From NCBI RefSeq assembly GCF_000009705.1, contig NC_003272.1, forward strand, positions 6,300,001 through 6,332,000: a stretch of 32,000 nt of DNA, written 5' to 3'. The position numbers and the translations under genes are program-made. The stretch comes from Nostoc sp. PCC 7120 = FACHB-418 (lineage in GTDB: Bacteria; Cyanobacteriota; Cyanobacteriia; Cyanobacteriales; Nostocaceae). Under the pieces are notes generated by a model. It saw only the letters and a program-made list of their open reading frames with translations, ran no database searches and was not told where the DNA came from. Shown one piece after another: positions 18,076 through 27,017 of the stretch; positions within the stretch are counted from its first letter, which is position 1, and the number at the start of each line of letters is the position of its first letter.

Positions 18076-19080
18076 TTATAGATAGCCTTGAGACTCATAC
18101 CACAGAACTGTATCTTTCAACGTATCCCTCAAGGGGCGGAAGGTTGCGCCCAAATCTCGTTCGGCTTTGGCTGAACTTAACTTGGCTTTTTCCAATAAAG
18201 TCTGGATACCAGCTAGTGGCATGGGGTTGACTCCACCAGTCAAACCTGTTAACTTTTCCAAAAACCAAGCGATCGCGATCGCCATCCCATCAGGAATTTC
18301 TATTCTAGGCGCTTTTACCCCAGAAATCGCTTCCAGTTCTAAGGCAATATCTTTCATGGTTGTTAGTGGCCCCGCTACGATGTAACGTCCACCCCTTTCT
18401 CCTTGTTCGGCAGCTTTCACCATAACCGCCGCCACATCCCGTACATCAGTCAATGCAGCACCACCATTAATTACCCCAGGCAGTTTACCTGCCAATAGGT
18501 CTAACACCAGTTGCCCGGCAGAAGTTGGTGCAGCATCTCCAGGCCCCATCATCCAACCAGGCAGAATCATCACTACGTCTATTTGGCTGGCGTTGAGAAA
18601 GCGGTAAATTTCCTGTTCTGCTAAAACCTTAGTTTTGAAATAGAGATTCTGTTCAGCAAATTTATTGTAAGGTGCGGTTTCCGTGGCTGCCTGATGTGTA
18701 TCAGTTTGGATTACCCCACTGGATGAGGTAAACACCACCTTTGCTACCCCTTGGGCTTCTGCCGCCTGTAGAAGTTCCATTGTGGCATCTACATTAATGC
18801 GTTTCATCTTCTGCCAGTCACTACCCGGTTGGTAATACTCCCGAAAAAAAGCTGCCGTGTGAAACACCGCATCGACTTCTTTTAATGCCTGAGTAAAGGC
18901 AGGTACATCCTCAATATCACCCTGAACAAACTCAATTCCACTATTTCCCAGGAAACGTTTGGCCTTATCAAGAGAACGAACCAAACCTTTTACTTGCCAT
19001 CCCTGGGATACAAGCGCTCGGCAAAGATTACTACCCAGCAGACCTGTTGCTCCAGTCACAAAAGCTATTTTGCTGCTCAT
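18076..19080 (-). CDS. Extended SDR / NAD-dependent epimerase-dehydratase family protein (dihydroflavonol-4-reductase-like aldehyde/ketone reductase).
   Basis: I prefer the ATG at 19080 (MSSKIAFVTGATGLLGSNLCRAL), which gives the Rossmann GxxGxxG at the N-terminus. A YFKTK catalytic-type segment is present. The 16-codon extension in the track is unnecessary. Confidence 0.85.
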   Translation of the reverse strand: MSSKIAFVTGATGLLGSNLCRALVSQGWQVKGLVRSLDKAKRFLGNSGIEFVQGDIEDVPAFTQALKEVDAVFHTAAFFREYYQPGSDWQKMKRINVDATMELLQAAEAQGVAKVVFTSSSGVIQTDTHQAATETAPYNKFAEQNLYFKTKVLAEQEIYRFLNASQIDVVMILPGWMMGPGDAAPTSAGQLVLDLLAGKLPGVINGGAALTDVRDVAAVMVKAAEQGERGGRYIVAGPLTTMKDIALELEAISGVKAPRIEIPDGMAIAIAWFLEKLTGLTGGVNPMPLAGIQTLLEKAKLSSAKAERDLGATFRPLRDTLKDTVLWYESQGYL

Positions 19081-19134
19081 GATATTTATTCCTGTTGATC
19101 TTATAGCTTGTAAACCCAGTCTGAACATTGCTAG

Positions 19135-19184
19135 TGTGAGTTATTACTCACATCATGTTTCGCAGTATATGAGCAAAAGCTCAC
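19135..19184. promoter_or_regulatory. Two TGAG-N6-CTCA palindromes in the divergent SDR/TetR promoter region; candidate TetR operators.
   Basis: The first is gTGAGttattaCTCAc at 19136-19151. The second is aTGAGcaaaagCTCAc at 19169-19184 and overlaps the TetR start codon. Their centres are 33 bp apart. Confidence 0.4.
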
Positions 19185-19879
19185 ATCGTCAATCCCCAGA
19201 TAATAAACAAGTGAAGTCATCAGTTTCCAACGATGACAATCCTCAGAAAAGCCGACGCAAACCCTCAGGCGATCGCGGCCGGCAAAGGCGTGATTTAATC
19301 CTAGATACAGCTGCCGATTTGTTAGCAGACGGAGGGGCTGAAGCTATCAATACCAACGCCTTAGCTGATCGTGCCAATATTTCGATTGGGTCAGTGTATC
19401 AGTATTTCTCCAACAAAGAGGCGATTCTGTCTGCCTTGGGGGAGCGATATATGCAGCAATTAAGTAGGAATACGGTAGCAGCCTTACAACAGGATGTCTC
19501 CGGTCTGGATTTTGCGGCTATGGTTGATCGAGTAATTGACCCCATGATTGCCTTTGAGCGCCAGCATCCTGCTTTTAGACATTTAAATGCCGGTCAAGAA
19601 GGGGAAGGCATCCTGGCTGAAGGAGCCAAACGAGTCGATCAAGAAATACTAGCAACTATCTATGATTTGCTGCTGAGAGTATGCCCTCATCTCAACCCCA
19701 CTCAGGGTTGGCAAGTTGCGCGGGTGACAAAAGCCCTTTATAAAGGTATGAGCTATTTAATCCAGCAGGAACAAGAGATTAAAAATACTGGTGGAGATAT
19801 TGATGGCATGATTGCTCACATGAAGCGGATGATGGTGACTTACTTAGAAGACCATCTGGGTCAACTAACTGTGGGATAG
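19169..19879 (+). CDS. TetR/AcrR family transcriptional regulator.
   Basis: I prefer the ATG at 19169 (MSKSSHRQSPDNKQ...), because the start in the track at 18959 overlaps the divergent SDR gene. The HTH region is RRDLILDTAADLLADGGAEAINTNALADRANISIGSVYQYFSNKEAIL. Confidence 0.8.
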   Translation: MSKSSHRQSPDNKQVKSSVSNDDNPQKSRRKPSGDRGRQRRDLILDTAADLLADGGAEAINTNALADRANISIGSVYQYFSNKEAILSALGERYMQQLSRNTVAALQQDVSGLDFAAMVDRVIDPMIAFERQHPAFRHLNAGQEGEGILAEGAKRVDQEILATIYDLLLRVCPHLNPTQGWQVARVTKALYKGMSYLIQQEQEIKNTGGDIDGMIAHMKRMMVTYLEDHLGQLTVG

Positions 19880-20070
19880 AGACAAGCGATCGCTTGATCA
19901 AAATACCCATAACCTGACTGTTGCAAATTAGTAAAGATTCTCTGCTGGTATTCAGACTCAGATCTTATCTTTAACTAAAAAGAATGATGTTTATAAAAGC
20001 AAAATCAGTGGACTGAAACATAGCGATCCATTTATGATAGATGATCGTGAGTTTTTTAAACAAACAGACC

Positions 20071-20433
20071 ATGAGCGCTCAAGAGATCATCCGCTCCATA
20101 GAAGCGGAACAACTAAAGTCTAACCTGCCCGAAATTTATATCGGCGACACCGTAAGAGTCGGCGTGAAAATCAAAGAAGGCGAAAAATACCGCGTCCAAC
20201 CCTACGAAGGAGTTGTTATTGCTAGACGTAACGGTGGTATCAACGAAACCATTACAGTCCGCCGTGTATTCCAAGGTGTTGGTGTAGAACGGGTCTTCCT
20301 GCTGCACTCTCCTCGGATCGACAACATCAAAGTATTGCGTCGTGGTAAAGTAAGACGTGCTAAACTTTATTATCTACGCGGTCGCGTAGGTAAAGCCACC
20401 CGGATCAAGCAACGGTTCGACCGTTCTCTATAA
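20071..20433 (+). CDS. rplS: 50S ribosomal protein L19.
   Basis: I prefer the ATG at 20071 ([53 protein letters not shown]...). The 120-aa length is typical of L19. Confidence 0.95.
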   Translation: MSAQEIIRSIEAEQLKSNLPEIYIGDTVRVGVKIKEGEKYRVQPYEGVVIARRNGGINETITVRRVFQGVGVERVFLLHSPRIDNIKVLRRGKVRRAKLYYLRGRVGKATRIKQRFDRSL

Positions 20434-20574
20434 TTTTTGTTCAGGGTATGGGAGAAATCTCAATTAATCGGCGGCATCTGCCGCTAGTTACCTCGACAAA
20501 ACTATGGTAGAATGGTAATCTAGTTACGTTAGACTAAAAAAAGTTTGACATAAACTAAAATCAAGCCAGCTTGT

Positions 20575-20647
20575 GCGCTCTTAGTTCAGTTGGTAGAACG
20601 CAGGTCTCCAAAACCTGATGTCGGGGGTTCAAGTCCTCCAGGGCGCG
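20575..20647 (+). tRNA. trnW: tRNA-Trp (anticodon CCA).
   Basis: A manual cloverleaf fold works: GCGCTCT TA GTTC AGTTGGTA GAAC G CAGGT CTCCAAA ACCTG ATGTC GGGGG TTCAAGT CCTCC AGGGCGC G. All four stems pair, with one G:U in the acceptor stem and one in the T stem. The 3' CCA is not encoded. The position upstream of secE-nusG is the classic one. Confidence 0.9.
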
Positions 20648-20844
20648 CTCGAAAGTAAAAAACACAGCCCGAACCAGTAGTACAACTGCTAAGATAGCAG
20701 GAAGTGCTATTGATTTCGGGTGTAGTTGTTTTATACTTGCAGCTTTTTTGCTTCCAGTTAATTTTGATGGAATTGAAGCTGTCAACCTGGATGAAAATTA
20801 GCAGAGTTATAGCTGTATTGAGTAAAGACGGGGGATAAACGACC

Positions 20845-21066
20845 GTGGCCAAAAAAAATGAAGCAGAAATCGCAGAGACTTCTGGTGGGTTTAACTTTAC
20901 TAACTTCTTCCAAGGAACAAAAGAAGAACTAGAGAAAGTAGTTTGGCCCAGTCGCAAGCAACTAATAAGTGAATCAGCAGCCGTGTTGCTTATGGTGACA
21001 CTCTCCGCTTCCTTAATCTACTTAGTCGATGGATTGTTTGCTTGGGTAGCAAAGCAGGTATTCTGA
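20845..21066 (+). CDS. secE: Preprotein translocase subunit SecE (GTG start).
   Basis: The 73-aa product is MAKKNEAEIAETSGGFNFTNFFQGTKEELEKVVWPSRKQLISESAAVLLMVTLSASLIYLVDGLF. It has the E..KV.WP motif plus a single TM helix. Its stop overlaps the nusG start (TGATG). Confidence 0.9.
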   Translation: MAKKNEAEIAETSGGFNFTNFFQGTKEELEKVVWPSRKQLISESAAVLLMVTLSASLIYLVDGLFAWVAKQVF

Positions 21067-21698
21067 TGACTTCTGCGACAGACGAACCAACAAACTCGGC
21101 GTTGCAGTCAGAGGAAACAGCAGAAACAGCACTTACAGAAGCACGCTGGTATGCAGTACAAGTAGCCTCAGGCTGCGAAAAGCGGGTAAAAACAAATTTA
21201 GAGCAACGCATTCAAACTTTTGATGTGGCGGAGAAAATCGTCCAGGTAGAAATTCCCCACACACCAGCAGTCAAAATCCGTAAGGATGGCAGCCGCCAAC
21301 ACACAGAAGAGAAAGTATTTCCTGGCTATGTGTTAGTGCGAATGGTGATGGATGATGATACTTGGCAGGTGGTACGTAATACATCCCACGTAATTAACTT
21401 TGTGGGAGCAGAACAAAAACGTGGTACAGGCAAAGGTCGCGGTCACGTTAAGCCACTACCCCTAAGTCACTCAGAAGTAGAACGTATCTTTAAACAAACC
21501 ACAGAACAAGAGCCAGTTGTCAAAATTGACATGGCTAGTGGTGATAAGATAATCGTGCTTTCTGGCCCATTCAAGGACTTTGAAGGTGAGGTGATTGAGG
21601 TTAGTCCAGAACGGAGTAAACTAAAAGCCTTGCTATCGATCTTCGGGCGAGACACACCAGTAGAACTGGAATTTAATCAGGTAGAAAAACAGAGCTAA
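21066..21698 (+). CDS. nusG: Transcription termination/antitermination factor NusG.
   Basis: I prefer the ATG at 21066 (MTSATDEPTNS...ARWYAVQVASGCEKRVKTNLEQR). An NGN domain is present, and the KOW motif is GDKIIVLSGPFKDFEGEVIEV. Confidence 0.95.
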   Translation: MTSATDEPTNSALQSEETAETALTEARWYAVQVASGCEKRVKTNLEQRIQTFDVAEKIVQVEIPHTPAVKIRKDGSRQHTEEKVFPGYVLVRMVMDDDTWQVVRNTSHVINFVGAEQKRGTGKGRGHVKPLPLSHSEVERIFKQTTEQEPVVKIDMASGDKIIVLSGPFKDFEGEVIEVSPERSKLKALLSIFGRDTPVELEFNQVEKQS

Positions 21699-21705
21699 AT
21701 AAAAA

Positions 21706-22131
21706 ATGGCGAAGAAAGTAGTAGCGGTCATTAAATTGGCCCTGAATGCTGGAAAAGCCAACCCAGCACCCCCAGTTGGTCCCGCCTTGGGTCAACATGG
21801 TGTTAATATCATGATGTTCTGCAAAGAGTACAATGCCAAAACAGCCGACCAAGCTGGCATGGTAATTCCTGTAGAAATATCGGTTTATGAAGACCGGAGT
21901 TTCACATTTGTACTCAAAACCCCACCAGCATCTGTATTAATCCGTAAGGCAGCGAAAATTGAAAGAGGTTCCAACGAACCTAATAAGAAAAAAGTTGGCA
22001 CAATTACCACAGCACAACTGCGGGAAATTGCCCAAACTAAACTGCCTGACCTCAACGCTAACGACATAGATGCGGCGATGAAAATTGTGGCAGGAACCGC
22101 CAGAAATATGGGCGTTACAGTCACCGATTAG
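21706..22131 (+). CDS. rplK: 50S ribosomal protein L11.
   Basis: The 141-aa product starts [44 protein letters not shown]. It begins only 7 nt after nusG. Confidence 0.97.
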   Translation: MAKKVVAVIKLALNAGKANPAPPVGPALGQHGVNIMMFCKEYNAKTADQAGMVIPVEISVYEDRSFTFVLKTPPASVLIRKAAKIERGSNEPNKKKVGTITTAQLREIAQTKLPDLNANDIDAAMKIVAGTARNMGVTVTD

Positions 22132-22217
22132 TTAAAAATTCCGAGTTATATAGTGAGGGGTATAGTGATTCAGCACTTAATTACCCAGCACTCGCCACTC
22201 ATAACTAAAAATTTATC

Positions 22218-22248
22218 GGGGGAGAAGCCAAACTTCGTAATCGACCCC
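22218..22248 (+). promoter_or_regulatory. Stem-loop abutting the rplA Shine-Dalgarno; a candidate L1 autoregulatory site.
   Basis: The sequence is GGGG-A-GAAG-ccaaa-CTTC-gtaatcga-CCCC, followed immediately by AGGAGA (22249-22254) and the ATG at 22260. It forms two nested helices with an asymmetric internal loop. Function is inferred, not shown. Confidence 0.3.
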
Positions 22249-22259
22249 AGGAGATAACA

Positions 22260-22976
22260 ATGACAAAGAAAGTATCACGCCGCTTGCGAGAATTGCAAGC
22301 AAAAGTTGAAGATAGAGAATACGGGCCTTTAGATGCTCTGGGTCTGTTGAAAGAGACAGCCACAGCAAAATTTGGCGAAGCGGCAGAAGCGCATATCCGC
22401 TTAGGTATTGATCCAAAATATACAGACCAACAATTACGGACTACAGTTGCACTACCCAAAGGTACAGGACAAATTGTGCGAGTAGCCGTAATTGCTCGCG
22501 GGGAAAAAGTTACAGAAGCCTCCAACGCTGGTGCTGATGTAGTTGGTTCGGAAGAACTGATTGACGAAATCCAAAAAGGGCGAATGGATTTTGACAAGTT
22601 GATTGCCACACCAGATGTTATGCCACAGGTAGCAAAACTTGGTAAGATGTTAGGCCCTCGTGGTTTAATGCCTTCACCAAAAGGTGGTACGGTCACATTT
22701 GACGTAGCAAGTGCGATCGCTGAATTTAAAGCAGGTAAGCTAGAGTTCCGGGCTGACCGTACAGGCATTGTTCATGTTATGTTTGGTAAGGCATCCTTCT
22801 CGCCAGAAGATTTGTTGGTGAACCTGAAGGCGTTGCAAGAGACGATTGACCGTAACCGTCCTTCTGGAGCCAAAGGTCGCTACTGGCGCACATTTTATGT
22901 GTCTGCCACAATGGGGCCATCTATTAGAGTCGATATCAACGCTCTGAGAGATTATAAACTGACTGAAGCTGCATAA
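22260..22976 (+). CDS. rplA: 50S ribosomal protein L1.
   Basis: The 238-aa product has [33 protein letters not shown] and [15 protein letters not shown]. Confidence 0.97.
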   Translation: MTKKVSRRLRELQAKVEDREYGPLDALGLLKETATAKFGEAAEAHIRLGIDPKYTDQQLRTTVALPKGTGQIVRVAVIARGEKVTEASNAGADVVGSEELIDEIQKGRMDFDKLIATPDVMPQVAKLGKMLGPRGLMPSPKGGTVTFDVASAIAEFKAGKLEFRADRTGIVHVMFGKASFSPEDLLVNLKALQETIDRNRPSGAKGRYWRTFYVSATMGPSIRVDINALRDYKLTEAA

Positions 22977-23040
22977 TCGAGGTAATGGGTAATAGGTAAT
23001 GGATACAATACTATTACCAATGACTAATAACCAAAACTAA

Positions 23041-23258
23041 ATATGCAAAGCCGGAGACAGCAGGTGCTAACAGCTTAAACACCCTGCCGAGGTAAAAGCT
23101 CTCTTACTCAATGTGACGTGAAAAATAATGCGTCGCTTTAGTAATCAGAGTCTTGAGACTAAACCCCGGCTGAGATAGTCGGGGTTTATTGTTGTACCCT
23201 GGTCAGAAAAAATCATCAAAAGAGCAATCGACGATTATTTTGAGGAGGTGAAACCGAC
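23041..23258 (+). promoter_or_regulatory. rplJ (L10) leader with a UUAA-loop stem and a terminator-like attenuator hairpin.
   Basis: The upstream stem-loop is GCAGGTG-ctaacagcTTAAa-CACCCTGC (23059-23088). The attenuator is AAACCCCG-gctgagatagt-CGGGGTTT followed by ATTGTTGT (23161-23195). This 280-nt untranslated spacer before rplJ is where L10(L12)4 autoregulation acts in other bacteria. Confidence 0.5.
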
Positions 23259-23804
23259 ATGGGTAGAACGTTAGAAAACAAAAAGGAAATTGTAGCTGAC
23301 CTCAAAGAAACTTTGGGTGAGTCTACTTTGGCACTGGTAATTGAATACCAAGGGCTGACAGTTGCTGAAATTACCGACTTACGGAAGCGCCTGCGTCCTA
23401 GTGGTACTGTCTGCAAAGTAACTAAAAATACTTTGATGGGTATTGCCATTCAAGATGATGAAAAATGGCAGCCTCTGTCGGAGTTGCTCAAAGGTTCTTC
23501 AGCATTTTTGCTCGTTAAAGAAGACTTTTCTTCTGCGATTAAAGCATACCAAGAATTCCAAAAAGTTACCAAGAAGACAGAACTTCGCGGTGGCGTAATG
23601 GAAGGGCGCTTGCTCAAAGAACCAGATGTCAAAGCTTTAGGAGACTTGCCATCCAAGGAACAACTCATGGGTCAAATTGCTGGAGCTATCAACGCTTTGG
23701 CTACCAAGATTGCTGTGGGTATCAACGAAGTTCCTGGTGGCTTGGCGCGCGCTTTGCAAGCTGTCGCTGACAAAGAAAATGGCGGCGATGACAGCGCTGC
23801 CTAA
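23259..23804 (+). CDS. rplJ: 50S ribosomal protein L10.
   Basis: The 181-aa product starts [53 protein letters not shown] lies upstream. Confidence 0.97.
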   Translation: MGRTLENKKEIVADLKETLGESTLALVIEYQGLTVAEITDLRKRLRPSGTVCKVTKNTLMGIAIQDDEKWQPLSELLKGSSAFLLVKEDFSSAIKAYQEFQKVTKKTELRGGVMEGRLLKEPDVKALGDLPSKEQLMGQIAGAINALATKIAVGINEVPGGLARALQAVADKENGGDDSAA

Positions 23805-23840
23805 TTAGTAGTTAGTTATTGTTAGTAGTTAATAAAAATT

Positions 23841-23877
23841 ACAACTGACAACTGACAACTGACAACTGACAACGAAC
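23841..23877. repeat. Tandem heptamer array (ACAACTG) x4.5 in the rplJ-rplL spacer.
   Basis: The sequence ACAACTGACAACTGACAACTGACAACTGACAACGAAC is read directly. Its reverse complement is of the GTCAGTT type, the same family as the repeats at 26061-26132. Confidence 0.85.
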
Positions 23878-23911
23878 AAATAAATAAATCAACATTACGG
23901 GAGTTATATCA

Positions 23912-24304
23912 ATGTCTGCTGCAACCGATCAAATTTTAGACCAATTGAAATCTCTGTCTCTGTTAGAAGCTGCTGAGTTAGTTAAGCAAATTGAAGAAGC
24001 TTTTGGCGTAAGTGCTGCTGCTCCAGCTGGTGGAATGATGATGATGGCTGCTCCTGGTGCTGCTGCTGCTGCTGAACCAGTAGAAGAACAAACCGAGTTT
24101 GATGTTGTTCTCGAATCCGTTCCTGCTGATAAGAAGATTGCAGTTCTGAAGATTGTCCGCGAAATCACTGGTCTAGGCTTGAAAGAAGCTAAAGACTTAG
24201 TAGAAGCTGCACCTAAAGCAGTTAAGGAAGCGATCGCTAAAGATGCTGCTGAAGATGCTAAGAAGCGGATTGAGGAAGCTGGCGGTAAGGTGACAGTTAA
24301 GTAA
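23912..24304 (+). CDS. rplL: 50S ribosomal protein L7/L12.
   Basis: The 130-aa product has an Ala/Met-rich hinge ([22 protein letters not shown]) and the C-terminal domain segment [24 protein letters not shown]. Confidence 0.97.
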   Translation: MSAATDQILDQLKSLSLLEAAELVKQIEEAFGVSAAAPAGGMMMMAAPGAAAAAEPVEEQTEFDVVLESVPADKKIAVLKIVREITGLGLKEAKDLVEAAPKAVKEAIAKDAAEDAKKRIEEAGGKVTVK

Positions 24305-24342
24305 TTAAGCCATCAGGCATCAATTGCTTAAATATTATTACT

Positions 24343-24378
24343 ATAAAAAAAAGGAGTCTAATCGGACTCCTTTTTTGT
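24343..24378. terminator. Rho-independent terminator after rplL, bidirectional in form (A-tract, stem, T-tract).
   Basis: The sequence is AAAAAAAAGGAGTC-taatcg-GACTCCTTTTTTGTT. Confidence 0.8.
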
Positions 24379-24542
24379 TGGCAATCTAACAACATCAAGT
24401 ACTCGTGGATTAGGTCTGCGGTTGGACTAATACAGACCTAAAGCCTCTTTCCTGGAGAAGAGATGTCAGAGTTGATGAAATATAACAGCGATCGCTTTCT
24501 TGTTTGCTTTATTCTGAAGGTGCGCCTACGACATAACACATC

Positions 24543-26039
24543 CTATCTGACAGAAAATGCTTCACTGAATCGGCGCGTTACTGGTTCCATGATAAAGGTC
24601 AAAATTGACTTTTTACGAGTGACAATTTCACCACTTGCAGCCATTCCTGGTGTAAATGTCACATTTTGACCGCGAACATTTACAAAGTGCTGGTTTAATT
24701 TAATTCTGGTAGGAAAAACTAAGCCTAATTCTTTGTCAACGGTGGCGTTAGGACTGACTTGCACAACTTCACCCTCAATTGTGCCGAATTCTTGGAAGGG
24801 GAAAGTTGCCATTTTTACTTTAGCTCTCATTCCTTTGCGAATAAATCCAATATCACGGTTGAGAACTTTCACTTCTAGCAGCATCTCTTCGCCTTCTGGC
24901 AAGATTGATAATAACTCCTCGCCTGATTGTACTGGCCCTTTGGTGGCTTTGATTTTATAAATTGTGCCAGCAACAGGAGCTTTGATGGTTTCACCGTCTG
25001 TTTGTTTTTTGGCTTGCTCCAATTGTCCAGCAACGTTGGTTAGTTCTTCTTTGCGCTTGTTCATTTCGGTCAGAATTTCACTTTGGCGCTCTGATACTAC
25101 CCGTTGTGCTTGATTACGAGCCGCTTGATACGCTTGTTGGGCTTGGCGAATTTCTTGATCTTGTGCAGAAATATCCTTTTCTAAGGATGTAACTTTATCT
25201 TCAGCCTCTGTTAAGCGATTTTGGGCGTTGATGACTTCATCTTGGGCCCTAGTAATATCTGTTTGTGCGCGAGTTAATCTTTCTCTAGCTTCTAGATAAT
25301 CAACTCGCGGAACAGCCCCAGGAGTTATCAAAGTGCGTAAGTTTTTCTCTCTACTTTGAGCAATTTCGAGGTTTTCTTCTACTTTGCTGCTAATGCTTCT
25401 AGCATTGAACAGGTTCGTTTTGGCATTAGCCACACTAGTTCTAGCGTTGACTAAATTATCTTGTAACCGAATGAGACGAACTCTGGCTTGGTCAATGAGC
25501 GATCGCTGACGGCTGGCTTCTGCTTCGGCTGCTCCTTGGCGTGCTTGGTAGTCCCGCAAGCGAGATTTTAAGAGTTCATCTTGGATTACTGTACCAGTGC
25601 TTTGTCCACCTATGCGTTCTGCTTGCAAACGCTGGATGTCTTGTTGAATCAGTTTAGTAGATTGAGCTAGTCTGGTGACATCAGTTTGTTTGAGGTCTGG
25701 GTCACGTTGAATTAAAACTTGATCTTTAGTGACGCGATCGCCTTCTTTCACTTGAATCGCTTTGATTGTGCCATCACCAAGGGATGTTACAGGTCTGACC
25801 TGAGCAGAAGCGATTAATTCCCCCTGTGCAACTGCTACTTCGTCTATTTCTGAGAGAGCAGCCCAGGCGATCGTCCCAAATACTACTAAACTAATGGTTC
25901 CTGCTAATAATCTAGTATAAAGTGGCGGTAATTCTTTAACCGCCTTACCTAGTTCATAAGATAGTTGGTCTTCTGGTCTAGCAAACTGTTGTTTTGTTTG
26001 ACGAGCTTGAGGAGCGTTAGCTAATAGAGAATATTTCAT
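24543..26039 (-). CDS. HlyD-family type-I-secretion/ABC-exporter periplasmic adaptor (membrane fusion protein).
   Basis: The 498-aa product has a cytoplasmic N-terminus and a single TM (LLAGTISLVVFGTIAWAAL). It has a lipoyl-type segment (IKAIQVKEGDRVTKDQVLIQRD) and a very long Q/A/R/E-rich coiled coil. The C-terminal beta-barrel segment includes APVAGTIYKIKA. No ABC or outer-membrane partner gene is adjacent. Confidence 0.88.
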   Translation of the reverse strand: MKYSLLANAPQARQTKQQFARPEDQLSYELGKAVKELPPLYTRLLAGTISLVVFGTIAWAALSEIDEVAVAQGELIASAQVRPVTSLGDGTIKAIQVKEGDRVTKDQVLIQRDPDLKQTDVTRLAQSTKLIQQDIQRLQAERIGGQSTGTVIQDELLKSRLRDYQARQGAAEAEASRQRSLIDQARVRLIRLQDNLVNARTSVANAKTNLFNARSISSKVEENLEIAQSREKNLRTLITPGAVPRVDYLEARERLTRAQTDITRAQDEVINAQNRLTEAEDKVTSLEKDISAQDQEIRQAQQAYQAARNQAQRVVSERQSEILTEMNKRKEELTNVAGQLEQAKKQTDGETIKAPVAGTIYKIKATKGPVQSGEELLSILPEGEEMLLEVKVLNRDIGFIRKGMRAKVKMATFPFQEFGTIEGEVVQVSPNATVDKELGLVFPTRIKLNQHFVNVRGQNVTFTPGMAASGEIVTRKKSILTFIMEPVTRRFSEAFSVR

Positions 26040-26060
26040 AAAGTTTTTGATTTGGGATTT

Positions 26061-26132
26061 GTCAGGGGTCAGTTGTCAGTAATCAGTGGTTGGTATGCAG
26101 TTACAATTAGCCACTGACCACTAACAACCAAC
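26061..26132. repeat. GTCAGTT-type heptamers and their imperfect inverted copy upstream of the HlyD gene.
   Basis: The direct copies are GTCAGGG GTCAGTT GTCAGTA ATCAGTG G. The downstream stretch is CCACTGA CCACTAA CAACCAA. GTCAGTAATCAGTGG matches the reverse complement of CCACTGACCACTAAC at 12 of 15 positions. Confidence 0.6.
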
Positions 26133-26136
26133 TTAC

Positions 26137-27012
26137 TCAAACAGCTAAATAGCGCCTTAAGAAACTTTCCAAAGTTTCCAAGGGGAAGTTAAAGGTCTGC
26201 TCTAATTTAGCTATTTCATCTTTTCTACAGAAAAATTCATTGGACAGTAATGTGCGGAAAGTTCCTAAAGCCTGTTGTGCTTCGGGATTAATTAAACCCA
26301 AGACACCCCGCAATCCATCAATGACCAATAATGGTGAGTTAACCACTATTGGTTCTTTCTTAAAGATATGACTGAAAATTTGGGGAATGTCCTCACGTAA
26401 TAGAATCTCTGGCCCCCCGACGGAAAAGATTTGATTACGAGCCTCTGGAACGGTCACTGAATCCACTACTATCCTTGCTAAATCATCTGTACTCACAATG
26501 GAGGTACGGTTTTTAGGGTCGCCAATTAGCAAATATAACCCTGTTTCCCGAAACCTTTCTGCTAAAGGTAGCAAGTTAGATGCTAATCCAGCCGGACGTA
26601 AAATGGTGTAATTCAAGCCACTAGCTGCCAAATAATTTTCTACAGCTCGTTTGGCTTTAAATACGGGAGCGTCTTCATACCCCCGTTCGGCTCCTAATAC
26701 GGAAATAAAGACAAAGTGCTGCACTCCGTTAGCTTTCGCTTGGTCGATCAGTGCGATGTTAGCACGATAGTCGAGGGTGAGTGCATCGTTATCAGAGCCG
26801 TGGGCGCTGATAATATATTGAACACCTTGGCAAGCTTTTTCTATATCCTGTTCGCGCCGCAAATCACCAATAAAGATGTTGGCTCCTCGGTGTTCCAGTT
26901 CACCGTAACGCGAGGTAAGACGTGCAAAACCTCGTACAGAATGATTGTGTTCGCGTAGGAGTCTTATAACTCGGCGGCCAATGTCTCCTGTTGCTCCAGT
27001 TACCAAAAACAT
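26137..27012 (-). CDS. NmrA/Ycf39-like atypical SDR (NAD(P)H-binding protein).
   Basis: The 291-aa product starts MFLVTGATGDIGRRVIRLLREHNHSVRGFAR (GxxGxxG). It has the FISVLGA and YTILRPAG segments typical of NmrA-like/Ycf39-like proteins. Confidence 0.85.
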   Translation of the reverse strand: MFLVTGATGDIGRRVIRLLREHNHSVRGFARLTSRYGELEHRGANIFIGDLRREQDIEKACQGVQYIISAHGSDNDALTLDYRANIALIDQAKANGVQHFVFISVLGAERGYEDAPVFKAKRAVENYLAASGLNYTILRPAGLASNLLPLAERFRETGLYLLIGDPKNRTSIVSTDDLARIVVDSVTVPEARNQIFSVGGPEILLREDIPQIFSHIFKKEPIVVNSPLLVIDGLRGVLGLINPEAQQALGTFRTLLSNEFFCRKDEIAKLEQTFNFPLETLESFLRRYLAV

Positions 27013-27017
27013 AATGA

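Noticed and set aside
18959-19168. N-terminal extensions offered by the ORF track. Examples are TetR from 18959, the SDR from 19128, psaK2 from 9476, the PEP-CTERM protein from 10340, nusG from 21042, rplS from 20041, GT4 from 28387 and the SDR from 6603.
   Set aside because: In each case the extension overlaps a neighbouring gene or promoter and lacks similarity to the family N-terminus. An internal ATG with a better Shine-Dalgarno, or with the expected family N-terminus, is available.
20586-20957. 123-aa and 74-aa minus-strand ORFs.
   Set aside because: They overlap tRNA-Trp and the secE start region, and no independent support exists.
22218-22248. A local sequence resemblance (GAAGCC...AAACUUC) between this stem-loop and the archaeal L1 mRNA site as I remember it.
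   Set aside because: In the archaeal RNA those bases belong to different helices than they would here, so the similarity is probably coincidental. The finding is kept only on positional and structural grounds.
22205-22768. A 187-aa minus-strand ORF.
   Set aside because: It is antisense to rplA and the rplK-rplA spacer. Its Ser/Pro/Ala-rich composition is typical of reverse-frame reading of a highly expressed gene.
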